Source: an uncultured Actinomycetota bacterium (lineage in GTDB: Bacteria; Actinomycetota; Actinomycetes; Propionibacteriales; Nocardioidaceae). From it: a stretch of DNA of 64,000 bases. Position numbers and translations under genes: made by a program. Shown here piece by piece: positions 17,804 through 28,306 of this stretch. The notes under the pieces are model-generated. The model was not told the DNA's origin. It searched no databases and saw only the letters and a list, made by a program, of their open reading frames with translations. The stretch lies in NCBI GenBank assembly GCA_963755835.1, contig CAVWLC010000005.1, positions 1,524,910 to 1,588,909 on the forward strand, in the 5' to 3' direction. The stretch's first letter is position 1. Every line of letters starts with the position of its first letter.

Positions 17804-18787
17804 TCAGTCGGTCTCGGGCTCCTCGGGCGTCTCCTTGCCTTCGGCCTCGTCGCGCTCGGCCCACTCGAGCAGCGGACGGATGTCGTAGGCGTGCTCGTCG
17901 ATCTCCTCGTGCAGGTCACCGAGGCGGGCGAACCGGTCCGGAACCGTGAAGATCGTGAAGTCGTGCGGGTCGGCGTCGTCGACCTCGTCCCAGGTGATCG
18001 GGGTGGAGACGCGGGCGTCCGGCAGGCCGCGCACGGAGTACGCCGCCGCGATGGTGTGGTCGCGCGCGTTCTGGTTGTAGTCCACGAACAGCTTCCGCGG
18101 GTCGCGGTCCTTGCGCCACCAGGTGGTCGTCACGTCGTCTGGGGTCCGGCGCTCGATCTCACGGGCGAAGGCCAGGGCCGCACGGCGTACGTCCTTGAAG
18201 CCGTGGTCGGGGTGGATCCGGACGTAGACGTGCATGCCCTTGCCGCCCGAGGTCTTCGGGAAGCCGACCGCGCCCAGCTCGTCGAGCACCTCGTGGACGA
18301 CGTGGGCGACCCGCTGCACCGTGCCGTACGAGCACTCGTCGCCGGGGTCGAGGTCGATCCGCCACTCGTCGGGCTTCTCGGTGTCGGCTCGGCGGCTGTT
18401 CCAGGGGTGGAACTCGACCGTCGACATCTGCACTGCCCAGATCACCGAGCCGAGCTCGGTCACGCACAGCTCGTCGGCGGTGCGCCCCCAGCGCGGGAAG
18501 TAGAGCTGCACGGTCTCCACCCAGTCGGGCGCGCCCGCCGGCAGCCGCTTCTGGTGGACCTTCTTCTCGGCCAGCCCCTTGGGGAACCGGTGCAGCATGC
18601 AGGGCCGTTCGCGCAGCGCGTTGACGATCCCCGGCCCGACGGCGAGGTAGTACTCGACCAGGTCGAGCTTGGTCGCCCCGCTCGGTCTCGACGCGGTGGG
18701 AGGGAAGTAGACCCGGTCCGGGTTGCTGACCCGCACCACCCGGTTGTCGACCTCGATCTCCACCGAGGGCGACTGGGAGGCAGCCAT
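17804..18787 (-). CDS. stand-alone LigD-type polymerase/primase domain protein (non-homologous end joining, NHEJ)
   Basis: VEFHPW, FPKTSGGKGMHVYV and LFVDYNQNARDHTIAAAYSVR match AEP-primase/LigD-Pol motifs. The ATG overlaps the rsmB stop (ATGA). Confidence 0.85.
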   Translation of the reverse strand: MAASQSPSVEIEVDNRVVRVSNPDRVYFPPTASRPSGATKLDLVEYYLAVGPGIVNALRERPCMLHRFPKGLAEKKVHQKRLPAGAPDWVETVQLYFPRWGRTADELCVTELGSVIWAVQMSTVEFHPWNSRRADTEKPDEWRIDLDPGDECSYGTVQRVAHVVHEVLDELGAVGFPKTSGGKGMHVYVRIHPDHGFKDVRRAALAFAREIERRTPDDVTTTWWRKDRDPRKLFVDYNQNARDHTIAAAYSVRGLPDARVSTPITWDEVDDADPHDFTIFTVPDRFARLGDLHEEIDEHAYDIRPLLEWAERDEAEGKETPEEPETD

Positions 18788-20205
18788 CAGGGCACGCGCC
18801 GGAACAGCGCCAGGAACATCGCGTCGGTGCCGTGCCGGTGCGGCCAGAGCTGGATGGTGCCCGGCACCGGCCCCTCCGAGCGGGGTACGCCGGCGAACTG
18901 CGGTCCGAGGTCCGCCAGCTCGGCGTCGATCCGGGCGCCGTTGACCGAGGTCACCACGCTGGAGGTCTCGGAGAGGACCGGCGAGCAGGTCGAGTAGAGG
19001 ACCACTCCGCCGGGGCGAACCAGGTCGAGGGCCGCGCGGATCAGCTGCCGCTGCAGCATCACCAGCGTGAAGAGGTCGTCGGGCTTTCGCCGCCAGCGCG
19101 CCTCCGGCCGACGGCGGAGCGCACCCAGGCCGGTGCACGGCGCGTCGACCAGCACCCGGTCGAAGGCGCCGGCCCGGTACGGCGCCAGCGCGCCGTCCGC
19201 GGCGACCACACCCACCGCACCAGGCGCCAACGTGCCTCCGGTCGTGAGCGTGCGGCGGACCAGCCCGGCACGCGCGGGCAGCCGTTCGCTGGCCACCACC
19301 GCGGCACCGCGCTCGGAGGCCAGCCCCGCCAGCAGCCCGGCCTTGCCGCCGGGACCCGCGCACAGGTCGAGCCACAGCTCGTCGCGTCCCTCGATCGGTG
19401 CCTCGGCCAGGGCCACGGCCACCAGCTGCGAGCCCTCGTCCTGGACGGCGGCGCGCCTCTCGGCCACGGCTGGCACCGCCCCGGGGTCGCCGCCGTCCAG
19501 CAGGACGCCGTACGGCGAGTAAGGGGTCGGCTCCCCCGGCAGCTCCTCTCGGCTGGCCCGGCCCGGGCGGGCGACCAGGGTGACGCGCGGGTTCTCGTTG
19601 TCCGCGGCGAGCAGGTCGTGCAGCTCCTCCTGTCCGACCGCCTCCCGCAGCTCGTCGACCACCCACTCCGGGTGGCTGTAGGCGATGGCGGCGTACCGCG
19701 TCGGCGAGCGGCGCTCGTCCGGGGCGACCTTCTCGATCCACTCGTCGAGGTCGTGCTCGCTGACCGCGCGCAGCACGGCGTTGACGAAGTTGCCGGCGCC
19801 GGTGTTGACCCGGGCCCGGACCAGGTCGACGGTGGTGTTGATCGCGGCGTGGTCGGGCACCCGCATCGACACCAGCTGGTGGGTGCCGACCCGCAGCGCG
19901 TCGAGCACCCTGGCCTCGACCTTCGAGAGCGGTCGGTCGGTGCAGGCGGCCAGGATCGCGTCGTAGGTGCCGCGCCGGCGGATGGTCCCCGACGCCAGCT
20001 CGGTGGCGAACGCCGCGTCGCGGCCCTCCAGCTGGTAGTGGCGGATGGCGGCCGGGAGCACGAGGTTGGTGTAGGCCCGGTCGACGCGAACCGCCTTGAG
20101 CACGTCCAGGGCGGCGGCCCGGGCCGGGTCGAGCACGATCTTGCGGCCCGCGGACGCAGCGGCGGGGGGCGTGCCGCTCTGAGCCCGGGACCGGGGTTCA
20201 GCCAT
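18787..20205 (-). CDS. rsmB: 16S rRNA (cytosine-C5)-methyltransferase RsmB/Sun
   Basis: N-terminal NusB-like domain, then DLCAGPGGK, VLVDAPCTGLGALRRRPE and LYSTCS. Confidence 0.93.
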   Translation of the reverse strand: MAEPRSRAQSGTPPAAASAGRKIVLDPARAAALDVLKAVRVDRAYTNLVLPAAIRHYQLEGRDAAFATELASGTIRRRGTYDAILAACTDRPLSKVEARVLDALRVGTHQLVSMRVPDHAAINTTVDLVRARVNTGAGNFVNAVLRAVSEHDLDEWIEKVAPDERRSPTRYAAIAYSHPEWVVDELREAVGQEELHDLLAADNENPRVTLVARPGRASREELPGEPTPYSPYGVLLDGGDPGAVPAVAERRAAVQDEGSQLVAVALAEAPIEGRDELWLDLCAGPGGKAGLLAGLASERGAAVVASERLPARAGLVRRTLTTGGTLAPGAVGVVAADGALAPYRAGAFDRVLVDAPCTGLGALRRRPEARWRRKPDDLFTLVMLQRQLIRAALDLVRPGGVVLYSTCSPVLSETSSVVTSVNGARIDAELADLGPQFAGVPRSEGPVPGTIQLWPHRHGTDAMFLALFRRVP

Positions 20206-20635
20206 CGGCTGGTCCCGGCGTCAGGAACGCCTTCGCCAGGGACTTCGGCGCCTTGGTCAGCCAGGCGTCGGTGAGGATCTCGCTCAGCTCGTCACGGCTG
20301 ACCTCACCGAGCCGGCTCTGCTGCACCAGCACGGCGTTGTAGCCGTTGAAGTGGTCGATGGTGAAGAACGGCGAGCTGTCGTCCTCGACCAGGGCGCGCT
20401 TCTCGTTCTCGCTGGCCACCTGGATGACCAGCAGGTCGGTGTACCACTCGCCGGTCTCGGGGTCGACCGCGGTCCGGCCCGGCGGCCGGTGCATGACGAA
20501 CCCCTTGCCGCGCACCTTGTAGGTCAGGTTGTCACCCCAGGAGGTGCCGAGCTCGACCTCGGGCAGGCCCAAGCACAGCTCGTCGACGTCCTGGGGGGAC
20601 GCGGCCCTGGAGGGAGCCTTGGTCACGTCATCCAA
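20198..20635 (-). CDS. MmcQ/YjbR-family DNA-binding protein
   Basis: Family-typical pattern ...TSWGDNLTYKVRGKGFVMH...FFTIDHFNGYNAVLV. Confidence 0.7.
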   Translation of the reverse strand: MDDVTKAPSRAASPQDVDELCLGLPEVELGTSWGDNLTYKVRGKGFVMHRPPGRTAVDPETGEWYTDLLVIQVASENEKRALVEDDSSPFFTIDHFNGYNAVLVQQSRLGEVSRDELSEILTDAWLTKAPKSLAKAFLTPGPADG

Positions 20636-20637
20636 CG

Positions 20638-21585
20638 CTACTCGACCCGGGACACCCGATCGGGTCGATCGAAGTGCACCCCCGCCGGGAGCCGAAGCCC
20701 GCGGGCCCAGTCGGCGGCCGCCATCTGCCGGGCACCGAACGCCTTCACCTCACCGAGCCGCACGGCGGAGGTCGCGGTGCCGACGAGCACCTCGGCCTTG
20801 TCGACCCGCAGCGCGCCGGGCGGCAGCTGCTCGTCGGTGTGCGCCACCGGGCCGAGCTTGACCCGGGTGCCGTCGTACGTCGTCCAGGCGCCGGGCGCCG
20901 GCGTGCAGGCGCGAATGCGGCGGTCCACCGCCACGGCCGGCTCGGCCCAGTCCACGTGGGCGTCGTCGACGGTGATCTTGGGTGCGAGGCTGGTGCCCTC
21001 CGCCTGCTGCGGCCGGGCGTCGAGGCTGCCGTCCTCGATGCCGTCGAGGGTCGCGACGAGGAGCCCGGCTCCGCCCTCGGCCAGCCTGGCCAGCAGCTCT
21101 CCGGCGGTGTCGCTGGCGCGGATCGTCTCCGTCATCACGCCGTACGTCGGCCCCGCGTCCATCTCCTTGACGATCCGGAACGTGGTCGCGCCGGTCACCT
21201 CGTCGCCGGCCCAGATCGCGTGCTGGACCGGCGCCGCACCCCGCCACGCGGGCAGGCACGAGAAGTGGAGGTTGACCCAGCCGTGCCGGGGGATGTCCAG
21301 CGCGCTCTGGGGCAGCAGCGCGCCGTAGGCGACCACCGGGCAGCAGTCGGGGGCCAGCTCGCGCAGCGCGGCCTGGAACTCCGGGTCACGCGGGTGGTCG
21401 GGCTTGAGCACGGGTATGCCGAGCTCACCGGCCAGGTCGGCCACCGGGCTCGGCGTCAGCCTCCGGCCGCGCCCCGCCGGCGCGTCCGGCCGGGTCACGA
21501 CGCCGGCCAGCTCGTGGCGGGACCCCGCGATGGCCCGAAGGCTCGGTAGCGCCACCTCCGGCGTACCGGCGAAGACCAGCCTCAT
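20638..21585 (-). CDS. fmt: methionyl-tRNA formyltransferase
   Basis: [16 protein letters not shown]...[21 protein letters not shown]. Confidence 0.96.
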   Translation of the reverse strand: MRLVFAGTPEVALPSLRAIAGSRHELAGVVTRPDAPAGRGRRLTPSPVADLAGELGIPVLKPDHPRDPEFQAALRELAPDCCPVVAYGALLPQSALDIPRHGWVNLHFSCLPAWRGAAPVQHAIWAGDEVTGATTFRIVKEMDAGPTYGVMTETIRASDTAGELLARLAEGGAGLLVATLDGIEDGSLDARPQQAEGTSLAPKITVDDAHVDWAEPAVAVDRRIRACTPAPGAWTTYDGTRVKLGPVAHTDEQLPPGALRVDKAEVLVGTATSAVRLGEVKAFGARQMAAADWARGLRLPAGVHFDRPDRVSRVE

Positions 21586-21604
21586 GAGCGACCCCCGCGG
21601 GGAG

Positions 21605-22147
21605 TCACAGGCCGAGCCCGCCGGTCGGGTGCGGCGAGACCTTGACCAGCGGCGTCTCGAGGCCGAACCACTCCGCCTCGCGGATCGCCTTCTTGGCCAC
21701 CTTGCGGGTCTCGTCGTCCAGCCGGTCGATGAACAGCACGCCGTCCAGGTGGTCGGTCTCGTGCTGGAGCGCCCGGGCCAGCAGCTCCGAGCCCTCGATC
21801 GTGACGGGTTCGCCGTGCATGTCGAACCCCTTGGCCACCACCGACATGGCCCGGTGGCAGTCGAAGGACAGGTCCGGGATGGACAGGCAGCCCTCCGGGC
21901 CGAACTGCTCCTCCTCGGACAGGTCGAGCACGGGGTTGACCAGGTGGCCCACGACGCCCTCCACGTTCCAGGTGAACACCCGCAGCCGCACGCCGATCTG
22001 CGGCGCCGCCAGCCCGGCGCCGGGTGCCTCGAGCATCGTGTCGGTGAGGTCCTCGACGAGCTTGCGCAGCTCCTTGTCGAAGTCGACGACCTCGACCGCG
22101 CGCTGGCGCAGCACCGGGTCGCCGAACAAGCGGATGGGCTGGATCAT
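21605..22147 (-). CDS. def: peptide deformylase
   Basis: [17 protein letters not shown] and HETDHLDG motifs. ATG at 22147. Confidence 0.95.
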   Translation of the reverse strand: MIQPIRLFGDPVLRQRAVEVVDFDKELRKLVEDLTDTMLEAPGAGLAAPQIGVRLRVFTWNVEGVVGHLVNPVLDLSEEEQFGPEGCLSIPDLSFDCHRAMSVVAKGFDMHGEPVTIEGSELLARALQHETDHLDGVLFIDRLDDETRKVAKKAIREAEWFGLETPLVKVSPHPTGGLGL

Positions 22148-22277
22148 TCCGGGGTCCCCTGCGAGCTGTGCGATGGAGGAGCGAAGCAGAGGAAGAGCAG
22201 AGCTCGCGGGGGTGAGATCACCGGCCAAGTGTTACAGGGTGGGCGCGTCGGGGCCGCACCCGCCGGCGCCGCCCACG

Positions 22278-24311
22278 TCAGAGCGTCGGCGGGTCGACCT
22301 GGATCCGGACGGCGTCGAGCTTGCGGGCCGAGCGGACCCGCTGCACCTCGCCCAGCGCCCGGGACAGCTCGGCCCCGTTCGGCCTCGGCACGCGTACGAC
22401 GGCCCGCGACTCGCCGTCGCCGAACGGCACCGGGCCGAGCAGCTCGAACCCGGTGGGCGGCGCGAGCAGCGTGAGCGCGTCGTCGACCGCGCCGGGCTCG
22501 CCGGTGACGGTCGCCAGCCGGGAGGCGGGCGGGAGATGCGCCTCCCGGCGCTCGGCCGCCTCGCGGGCGGCGAACCCGGACGGGTCCCAGCGGACCAGGG
22601 CCTGCACCGCCGGGTGGGCCGGGTCGCCGACCACGACCGCCCGCCCTCCAGGTCGGGCCAGACCGACGGCGTTCATCCACCGCCGCAGCGCCTCCTCGGC
22701 CGCGCGCAGATGGGCCACGCCGAGCGCCAGCCAGGTGTCGAGCAGGACGACGGCCGCGTAGCCACTCGCGGCCACCGGCTCCGCGCCCGGCGTCGCGACC
22801 ACGATCGCCGGCTCGTCGTCGACGGTGGCCAGCACCCGGTCCCCCCCGGAGCTCCGGACCACGGTGCCGGCGAACGACCGCCCCAGCTCCTCCGCGGTCC
22901 GGGCCTCCCCCACGACGGGCGCGCGCAGGCCGCGGTGGCCGCACTCCGGGCACACCCAGCCCTCATGGACCGTGCCGCACCAGCGGCAGACCGGCGGGGC
23001 CGTGGCCGAGCCCAGCGCGAGCGGCCCCGAGCACGCCCGGCAGCGGGCCGGGGTCCGGCAGCGCTCGCAGGCCAGCGCGGCGGCGTACCCGGCCCGCGGC
23101 GTCTGCACCAGCACCGGCCCGTCGGTCAGCGCGTCGCGGATCACCCGGTGCACCTCGGTGGGCACCCGGGTGGTCCGGGCCAGGGGGTCGCGGGCCAGGG
23201 CGTGCTCGTCGGCCCCGGCCACCGAGACGGTGAGCCGCGACCGCAGCGTCGGCCGCGAGGCCGTGAGCACGTGCGCCCACCCCGAGCGGACCAGCTGCTC
23301 GGCCTCGACGGTCGTCGCGAAGCCGCCCACCAGCGCAGCCGTCCCCTCTCGTTCGGCGCGCAGCAGCAGGGTCTCCCGGGCGTGGGGGTACGGCGCCCGG
23401 GGCTCGGCGTGCAGGTCGTCGCCGTCGTCCCAGATCACGACCAGGCCCAGCCCGTGCACAGGAGCGAACGCCGCGGCGCGGGTGCCGACGACCACCCGTC
23501 GCCGCCCGCGGGCGACCGCCAGGAAGTCGCGGTAGCGCCGAGCCGGGCCGGCGTCCGCGGTCAGGAGGACGTGCTGCTCGGCTCCGAGCACGGCGGTCAG
23601 GGCGGCGTCGACCCGGGCGACGTCCTTGCCGTCGGGCACGACGACCAGGGCGCCGCGCCCGCCTGCGACCGTGGCCGCCACCGCGTGTGCGACCAGCGCC
23701 GGCCAGTCGGCGCCCGGCGCGGCGCTCCAGACCGCGCGGGGCGTGCCGCCGGAGGCCAGGTGGCCGAGGTAGGCGGCGGCCGGGCCGTGGTCGGCCCAGG
23801 CCGCGTCGCCGGCCGCAGAGTCGTGGGCCGGCGGCGGGACCACCGGCACCGACTCCTTGGCCTCCGTCGCGGCGTGCCGGCCCGGCACGGCCAGCCGCAG
23901 CACGTCCGAGCGGGTGCCGGCGTACCGCTCGGCCACGTCGGCGGCCAGCGCCGCGATCGCCGGCAGCAGCACCGGCTCGGGGCTCACCACCCGGCGCAGC
24001 GGCGTCAGCGAGCCTCCGTGCTCGCTGGTCGCGGCGCGTTCGAGCACGAACCCGTCCACGTCGCGGCCGGCGAACCGCACCTTGACCCGGACACCCGGGC
24101 GGGCGTCGTCGGCCATCGACGCGGGCACGGCGTAGTCGAAGCTCCGGTCGAGGTGGGCGAGGGGTACGTCGACCAGCACGCGCGCCACCGGATCGACGTC
24201 GGCCACTGCCTCGGCCGCTGCCGGTCGCCGAGTGGGCCGCACGCGGGCGCGCGCGAGCCCCGGCAGCAGCTCCTGCTGCTCCCGGGGCTCGTCACGCGCG
24301 GGTGGGGGCAC
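22278..24311 (-). CDS. priA: primosomal protein N' (PriA)
   Basis: N-terminal VDVPLAHLDRSFDYAVP...VRVKVRFAGRDVDGFV, a Cys-rich zinc region (CERCRTPARCRACSGPL...CRWCG...CPECG) and a helicase-like core. The exact start is uncertain. Confidence 0.88.
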   Translation of the reverse strand: MPPPARDEPREQQELLPGLARARVRPTRRPAAAEAVADVDPVARVLVDVPLAHLDRSFDYAVPASMADDARPGVRVKVRFAGRDVDGFVLERAATSEHGGSLTPLRRVVSPEPVLLPAIAALAADVAERYAGTRSDVLRLAVPGRHAATEAKESVPVVPPPAHDSAAGDAAWADHGPAAAYLGHLASGGTPRAVWSAAPGADWPALVAHAVAATVAGGRGALVVVPDGKDVARVDAALTAVLGAEQHVLLTADAGPARRYRDFLAVARGRRRVVVGTRAAAFAPVHGLGLVVIWDDGDDLHAEPRAPYPHARETLLLRAEREGTAALVGGFATTVEAEQLVRSGWAHVLTASRPTLRSRLTVSVAGADEHALARDPLARTTRVPTEVHRVIRDALTDGPVLVQTPRAGYAAALACERCRTPARCRACSGPLALGSATAPPVCRWCGTVHEGWVCPECGHRGLRAPVVGEARTAEELGRSFAGTVVRSSGGDRVLATVDDEPAIVVATPGAEPVAASGYAAVVLLDTWLALGVAHLRAAEEALRRWMNAVGLARPGGRAVVVGDPAHPAVQALVRWDPSGFAAREAAERREAHLPPASRLATVTGEPGAVDDALTLLAPPTGFELLGPVPFGDGESRAVVRVPRPNGAELSRALGEVQRVRSARKLDAVRIQVDPPTL

Positions 24312-24351
24312 GGCGACATGGATACCAGCCGCCGCCCCCGAGGGGTGCGGG

Positions 24352-25545
<1,194 letters not shown>

Positions 25546-25620
25546 GGTGGTTGTCTCCTGGTTCGTTCCTGGTGCCGGCCACGCTAGTCGGTGTCTCGAA
25601 TGGCGGGACCGCTGTCTCAA

Positions 25621-25661
25621 CGCCGTCCCCGATTTCGCGTCACACGGGCGCGGGAACGGCG
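25621..25661 (-). terminator. long hairpin downstream of coaBC / in the metK leader
   Basis: Plus-strand arms CGCCGTCCCCG ... CGGGAACGGCG form 11 bp with one mismatch. An inner CGCG/CGCG stem is also present. There is no U-tract. Confidence 0.3.
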
Positions 25662-25668
25662 ATTCGGG

Positions 25669-26880
25669 TCAATCGTGCAGCCTCTTGGCCACTTCGTCCC
25701 AAATGACGTGCGCCAGCGCGGTCTTGGCGCCGCGCGGGACCTCGGTCGCCGAACCGTCGGCACCGAGCACGACGGCCTCGTTCTCCGGGCTGCCGAAGAC
25801 CGCTCCCCCACTCACGTCGTTGACCACGAGCAGGTCGCAGCCCTTGCGGGCCAGCTTGGCCCGCCCGAGCTCGAGCACCGTGGAGTGGTCGTCTCCGGTC
25901 TCGGCCGCGAAGCCCACGATCACCGCGCCGGGCCGGGCCCGGGTGGCGCTCAGCTCACGCAGGATGTCGGGGTTCTGGGTCAGCGCGATCTCGGGCGCGG
26001 AGCCGTCGTCGGCCTTCTTGATCTTGGCCCGGCTGACCGAGGTGGGCCGGAAGTCGGCCGGGGCCGCGGCCATGACCACGGCGTCGGCGGCGGCCGCGGC
26101 GGCCAGCACCTCGGTGCGGAGCTGCTCGGTGGTGTCGACCCGCACCACCTTGACGCCGGCCGGGTCGGGCAGGGCGGTGTTGGCGGCCACCAGGGTCACC
26201 TCGGCGCCGCGGGACGCCGCCGCGCGGGCCAGTGCGTAGCCCTGCAGGCCGGACGAGCGGTTGCCGAGGAAGCGCACCGGGTCGAGGTACTCACGGGTGC
26301 CGCCGGCCGACACGACCACGTGACGGCCGGCCAGGTCCAGCGTGCCGATGCCCCTCGCCAGGACGTCGACGCACACGTCGTAGATCTCGTCCGGATCGGG
26401 CAGCCGGCCCTTGCCGGAGTCGGCGCCGGTGAGCCGGCCCTCAGCCGGCTCGATGACCAGGCAGCCGCGCTCGCGCAGCGTGGCCACGTTGGCCCGGGTG
26501 GCGGCGTGCTCCCACATCTCGGTGTGCATCGCCGGGGCGAACACCACGGGGCAGCGCGCGGTCAGCAGCGTGTTGGTCAGCAGGTCGTCGGCCATGCCGT
26601 GCGCGGCCTTGGCCAGCAGGTCAGCGGTGGCCGGGGCCACCACGACCAGGTCGGCGGACTGCCCGATCCGGACGTGCGGGACCTCGTGGACGTTCTCCCA
26701 GACCTCGGTCGCCACCGGCCGTCCGGAGAGCGCGGCCCAGGTGGGCGCGCCGACGAAGTGCAGGGCCGCCGCGGTGGGTACGACGGTGACGTCGTGGCCG
26801 GACTCGGTGAACCGGCGCAGCAGCTCGGCGGCCTTGTAGGCCGCGATGCCCCCGGAGACCCCGAGGACGACGCGGCTCAG
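25669..26880 (-). CDS. coaBC: bifunctional phosphopantothenoylcysteine decarboxylase / phosphopantothenate-cysteine ligase
   Basis: The N-terminus LSRVVLGVSGGIAAYKAAELLR lies upstream of the first GTG in the ORF track. The CoaB motifs GGTREYLDPVRFLGNRSSG are present. Proposed CTG start at 26880, 6 nt after GGAG. Confidence 0.85.
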   Translation of the reverse strand: MSRVVLGVSGGIAAYKAAELLRRFTESGHDVTVVPTAAALHFVGAPTWAALSGRPVATEVWENVHEVPHVRIGQSADLVVVAPATADLLAKAAHGMADDLLTNTLLTARCPVVFAPAMHTEMWEHAATRANVATLRERGCLVIEPAEGRLTGADSGKGRLPDPDEIYDVCVDVLARGIGTLDLAGRHVVVSAGGTREYLDPVRFLGNRSSGLQGYALARAAASRGAEVTLVAANTALPDPAGVKVVRVDTTEQLRTEVLAAAAAADAVVMAAAPADFRPTSVSRAKIKKADDGSAPEIALTQNPDILRELSATRARPGAVIVGFAAETGDDHSTVLELGRAKLARKGCDLLVVNDVSGGAVFGSPENEAVVLGADGSATEVPRGAKTALAHVIWDEVAKRLHD

Positions 26881-26896
26881 CTTCAGCTCCGGTGCT

Positions 26897-27220
26897 TCAG
26901 GACTTGCCCGCGTCGGCGGCGGCGGCCTTGGCGGCGGCCTCCTCGGCTGCCAGCTCGGCCGGGTCGACGTCCTCGCAGGTCAGCAGGTCGTCGTTGATCT
27001 CGCGCAGCGCGATCGAGAGCGGCTTCTCCTGGACGTGGGTGTCCACGAGCGGGCCGACGTACTCCAGCAGGCCCTCGCCGAGCTGGGAGTAGTAGGCGTT
27101 GATCTGCCGGGCGCGCTTGGCGCTGTAGAGCACCAGCTTGTACTTGCTGTCGGTCTTGGTGAGCAGGTCGTCGATCGAGGGGTTGGTGACACCCTCGGCC
27201 TCGATGTGGGGGGCAGACAC
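26897..27220 (-). CDS. rpoZ: DNA-directed RNA polymerase subunit omega
   Basis: [38 protein letters not shown] at 27220. Confidence 0.92.
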   Translation of the reverse strand: MSAPHIEAEGVTNPSIDDLLTKTDSKYKLVLYSAKRARQINAYYSQLGEGLLEYVGPLVDTHVQEKPLSIALREINDDLLTCEDVDPAELAAEEAAAKAAAADAGKS

Positions 27221-27300
27221 GCGTGAGCCTCGCTGGCGGTCGGTGGTGGGCGGCGATCCGGTGGAACCGCGCCGCTCGGTGCAGACGCTGGGTCCAACCC

Positions 27301-27879
27301 TCAGTCCGCGGTGTCGAGCTCCATCAAGGCTACCAACTCCTCCGCGGCAGCGTGAACTTCGCGGTTGACGATGCTCACGTCGAACTCCGTCTGCGCGGCC
27401 AGCTCCTCGCGCGCCGTGGCCAGCCGGCGCTCCCGCTCGGCCTGGTCCTCGGTGCCGCGACCGACCAGCCTGCGGACCAGCTCTTCCCACGACGGCGGCT
27501 CCAGGAAGACGAACAGCGCCCCGGGCATCGTCTCCCGCACCTGCCGCGCGCCCTGGAGGTCGATCTCCAGCATGGCCGGGTGACCCGAGGCCAGCGCCAG
27601 GTCGACGGGCTGGCGCGGGGTGCCGTAGCGGTTCTGGCCGTGGACCACGGCCCACTCGAGCAGGTCCTCGCCGGCGATCATCCGGTCGAACTCCTCGTCG
27701 GAGACGAACCAGTAGTGGACGCCGTTCACCTCGCCCGGCCGCGGAGTCCGCGTGGTGGCGGACACCGAGATCCAGACCTCGGGGTGGTGCTCCCGGATGT
27801 CGGCCGCGACGCTGCCCTTGCCGACGGCGGTCGGTCCGGCGAGCACGATCAGACGGCGCCGGCGCTCGGGCTCGGTCAG
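27301..27879 (-). CDS. gmk: guanylate kinase
   Basis: [15 protein letters not shown]...[23 protein letters not shown] at 27879 overlaps the mihF stop (CTGA), 8 nt after AAGGAG. An alternative GTG at 27846 would truncate strand beta-1. Confidence 0.85.
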   Translation of the reverse strand: MTEPERRRRLIVLAGPTAVGKGSVAADIREHHPEVWISVSATTRTPRPGEVNGVHYWFVSDEEFDRMIAGEDLLEWAVVHGQNRYGTPRQPVDLALASGHPAMLEIDLQGARQVRETMPGALFVFLEPPSWEELVRRLVGRGTEDQAERERRLATAREELAAQTEFDVSIVNREVHAAAEELVALMELDTAD

Positions 27880-28190
27880 GAGCCGAACTCCTTCTCGAGC
27901 GCGGCCACCTGCTTGGTGCCGAGCCCGCGGACCCGACGGCTCTCGGCGATGCCGAGCCGCTCCATCGTCTGGCGGGCCCGGACCTTGCCCAGGCCCGGCA
28001 TCGACTGCAGCAGGTCGACGACCCGCATCTTGCCGATGACCTCGTTGCGCTGGCCCTCGGCGAGCACCTCTGAGATCGAGGCGCCGGCGTTCTTGAGCCG
28101 GTTCTTCACCTCGGCACGTTCCCGTCGGGACGCTGCGGCCTTCTCGAGGGCCGCCTTTCGCTGTTCGGGAGTGAGCGGGGGCAGAGCCAC
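27876..28190 (-). CDS. mihF: integration host factor MihF
   Basis: [32 protein letters not shown]...[13 protein letters not shown]. Confidence 0.93.
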   Translation of the reverse strand: MALPPLTPEQRKAALEKAAASRRERAEVKNRLKNAGASISEVLAEGQRNEVIGKMRVVDLLQSMPGLGKVRARQTMERLGIAESRRVRGLGTKQVAALEKEFGS

Positions 28191-28237
28191 GGTTGCGGGG
28201 TCCTTCGATGCTCGAAACGGGAGGGAGCGTGCTGCTC

Positions 28238-28267
28238 AACATAGTCAGGTACCTGCGCGCGCGGCAA
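28238..28267 (-). promoter_or_regulatory. candidate sigma-A-type promoter for mihF
   Basis: The minus strand reads TTGCCG-N18-TATGTT, about 47 nt upstream of the GTG start. Confidence 0.35.
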
Positions 28268-28306
28268 TCGGCCCCCGGCGACGTGGCTCGTCGAAGGGGT
28301 CGCAGG

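Noticed and set aside
18788-19741. N-terminal extension of the LigD-Pol ORF (645 aa in total).
   Set aside because: The extension overlaps rsmB out of frame and is Arg/Gly-rich. The conserved domain starts at the ATG at 18787.
25546-25668. Possible SAM riboswitch in the metK leader.
   Set aside because: I could not find the conserved cores of any SAM riboswitch class I know. Only a generic hairpin is evident, and a covariance-model scan would be needed to be sure.
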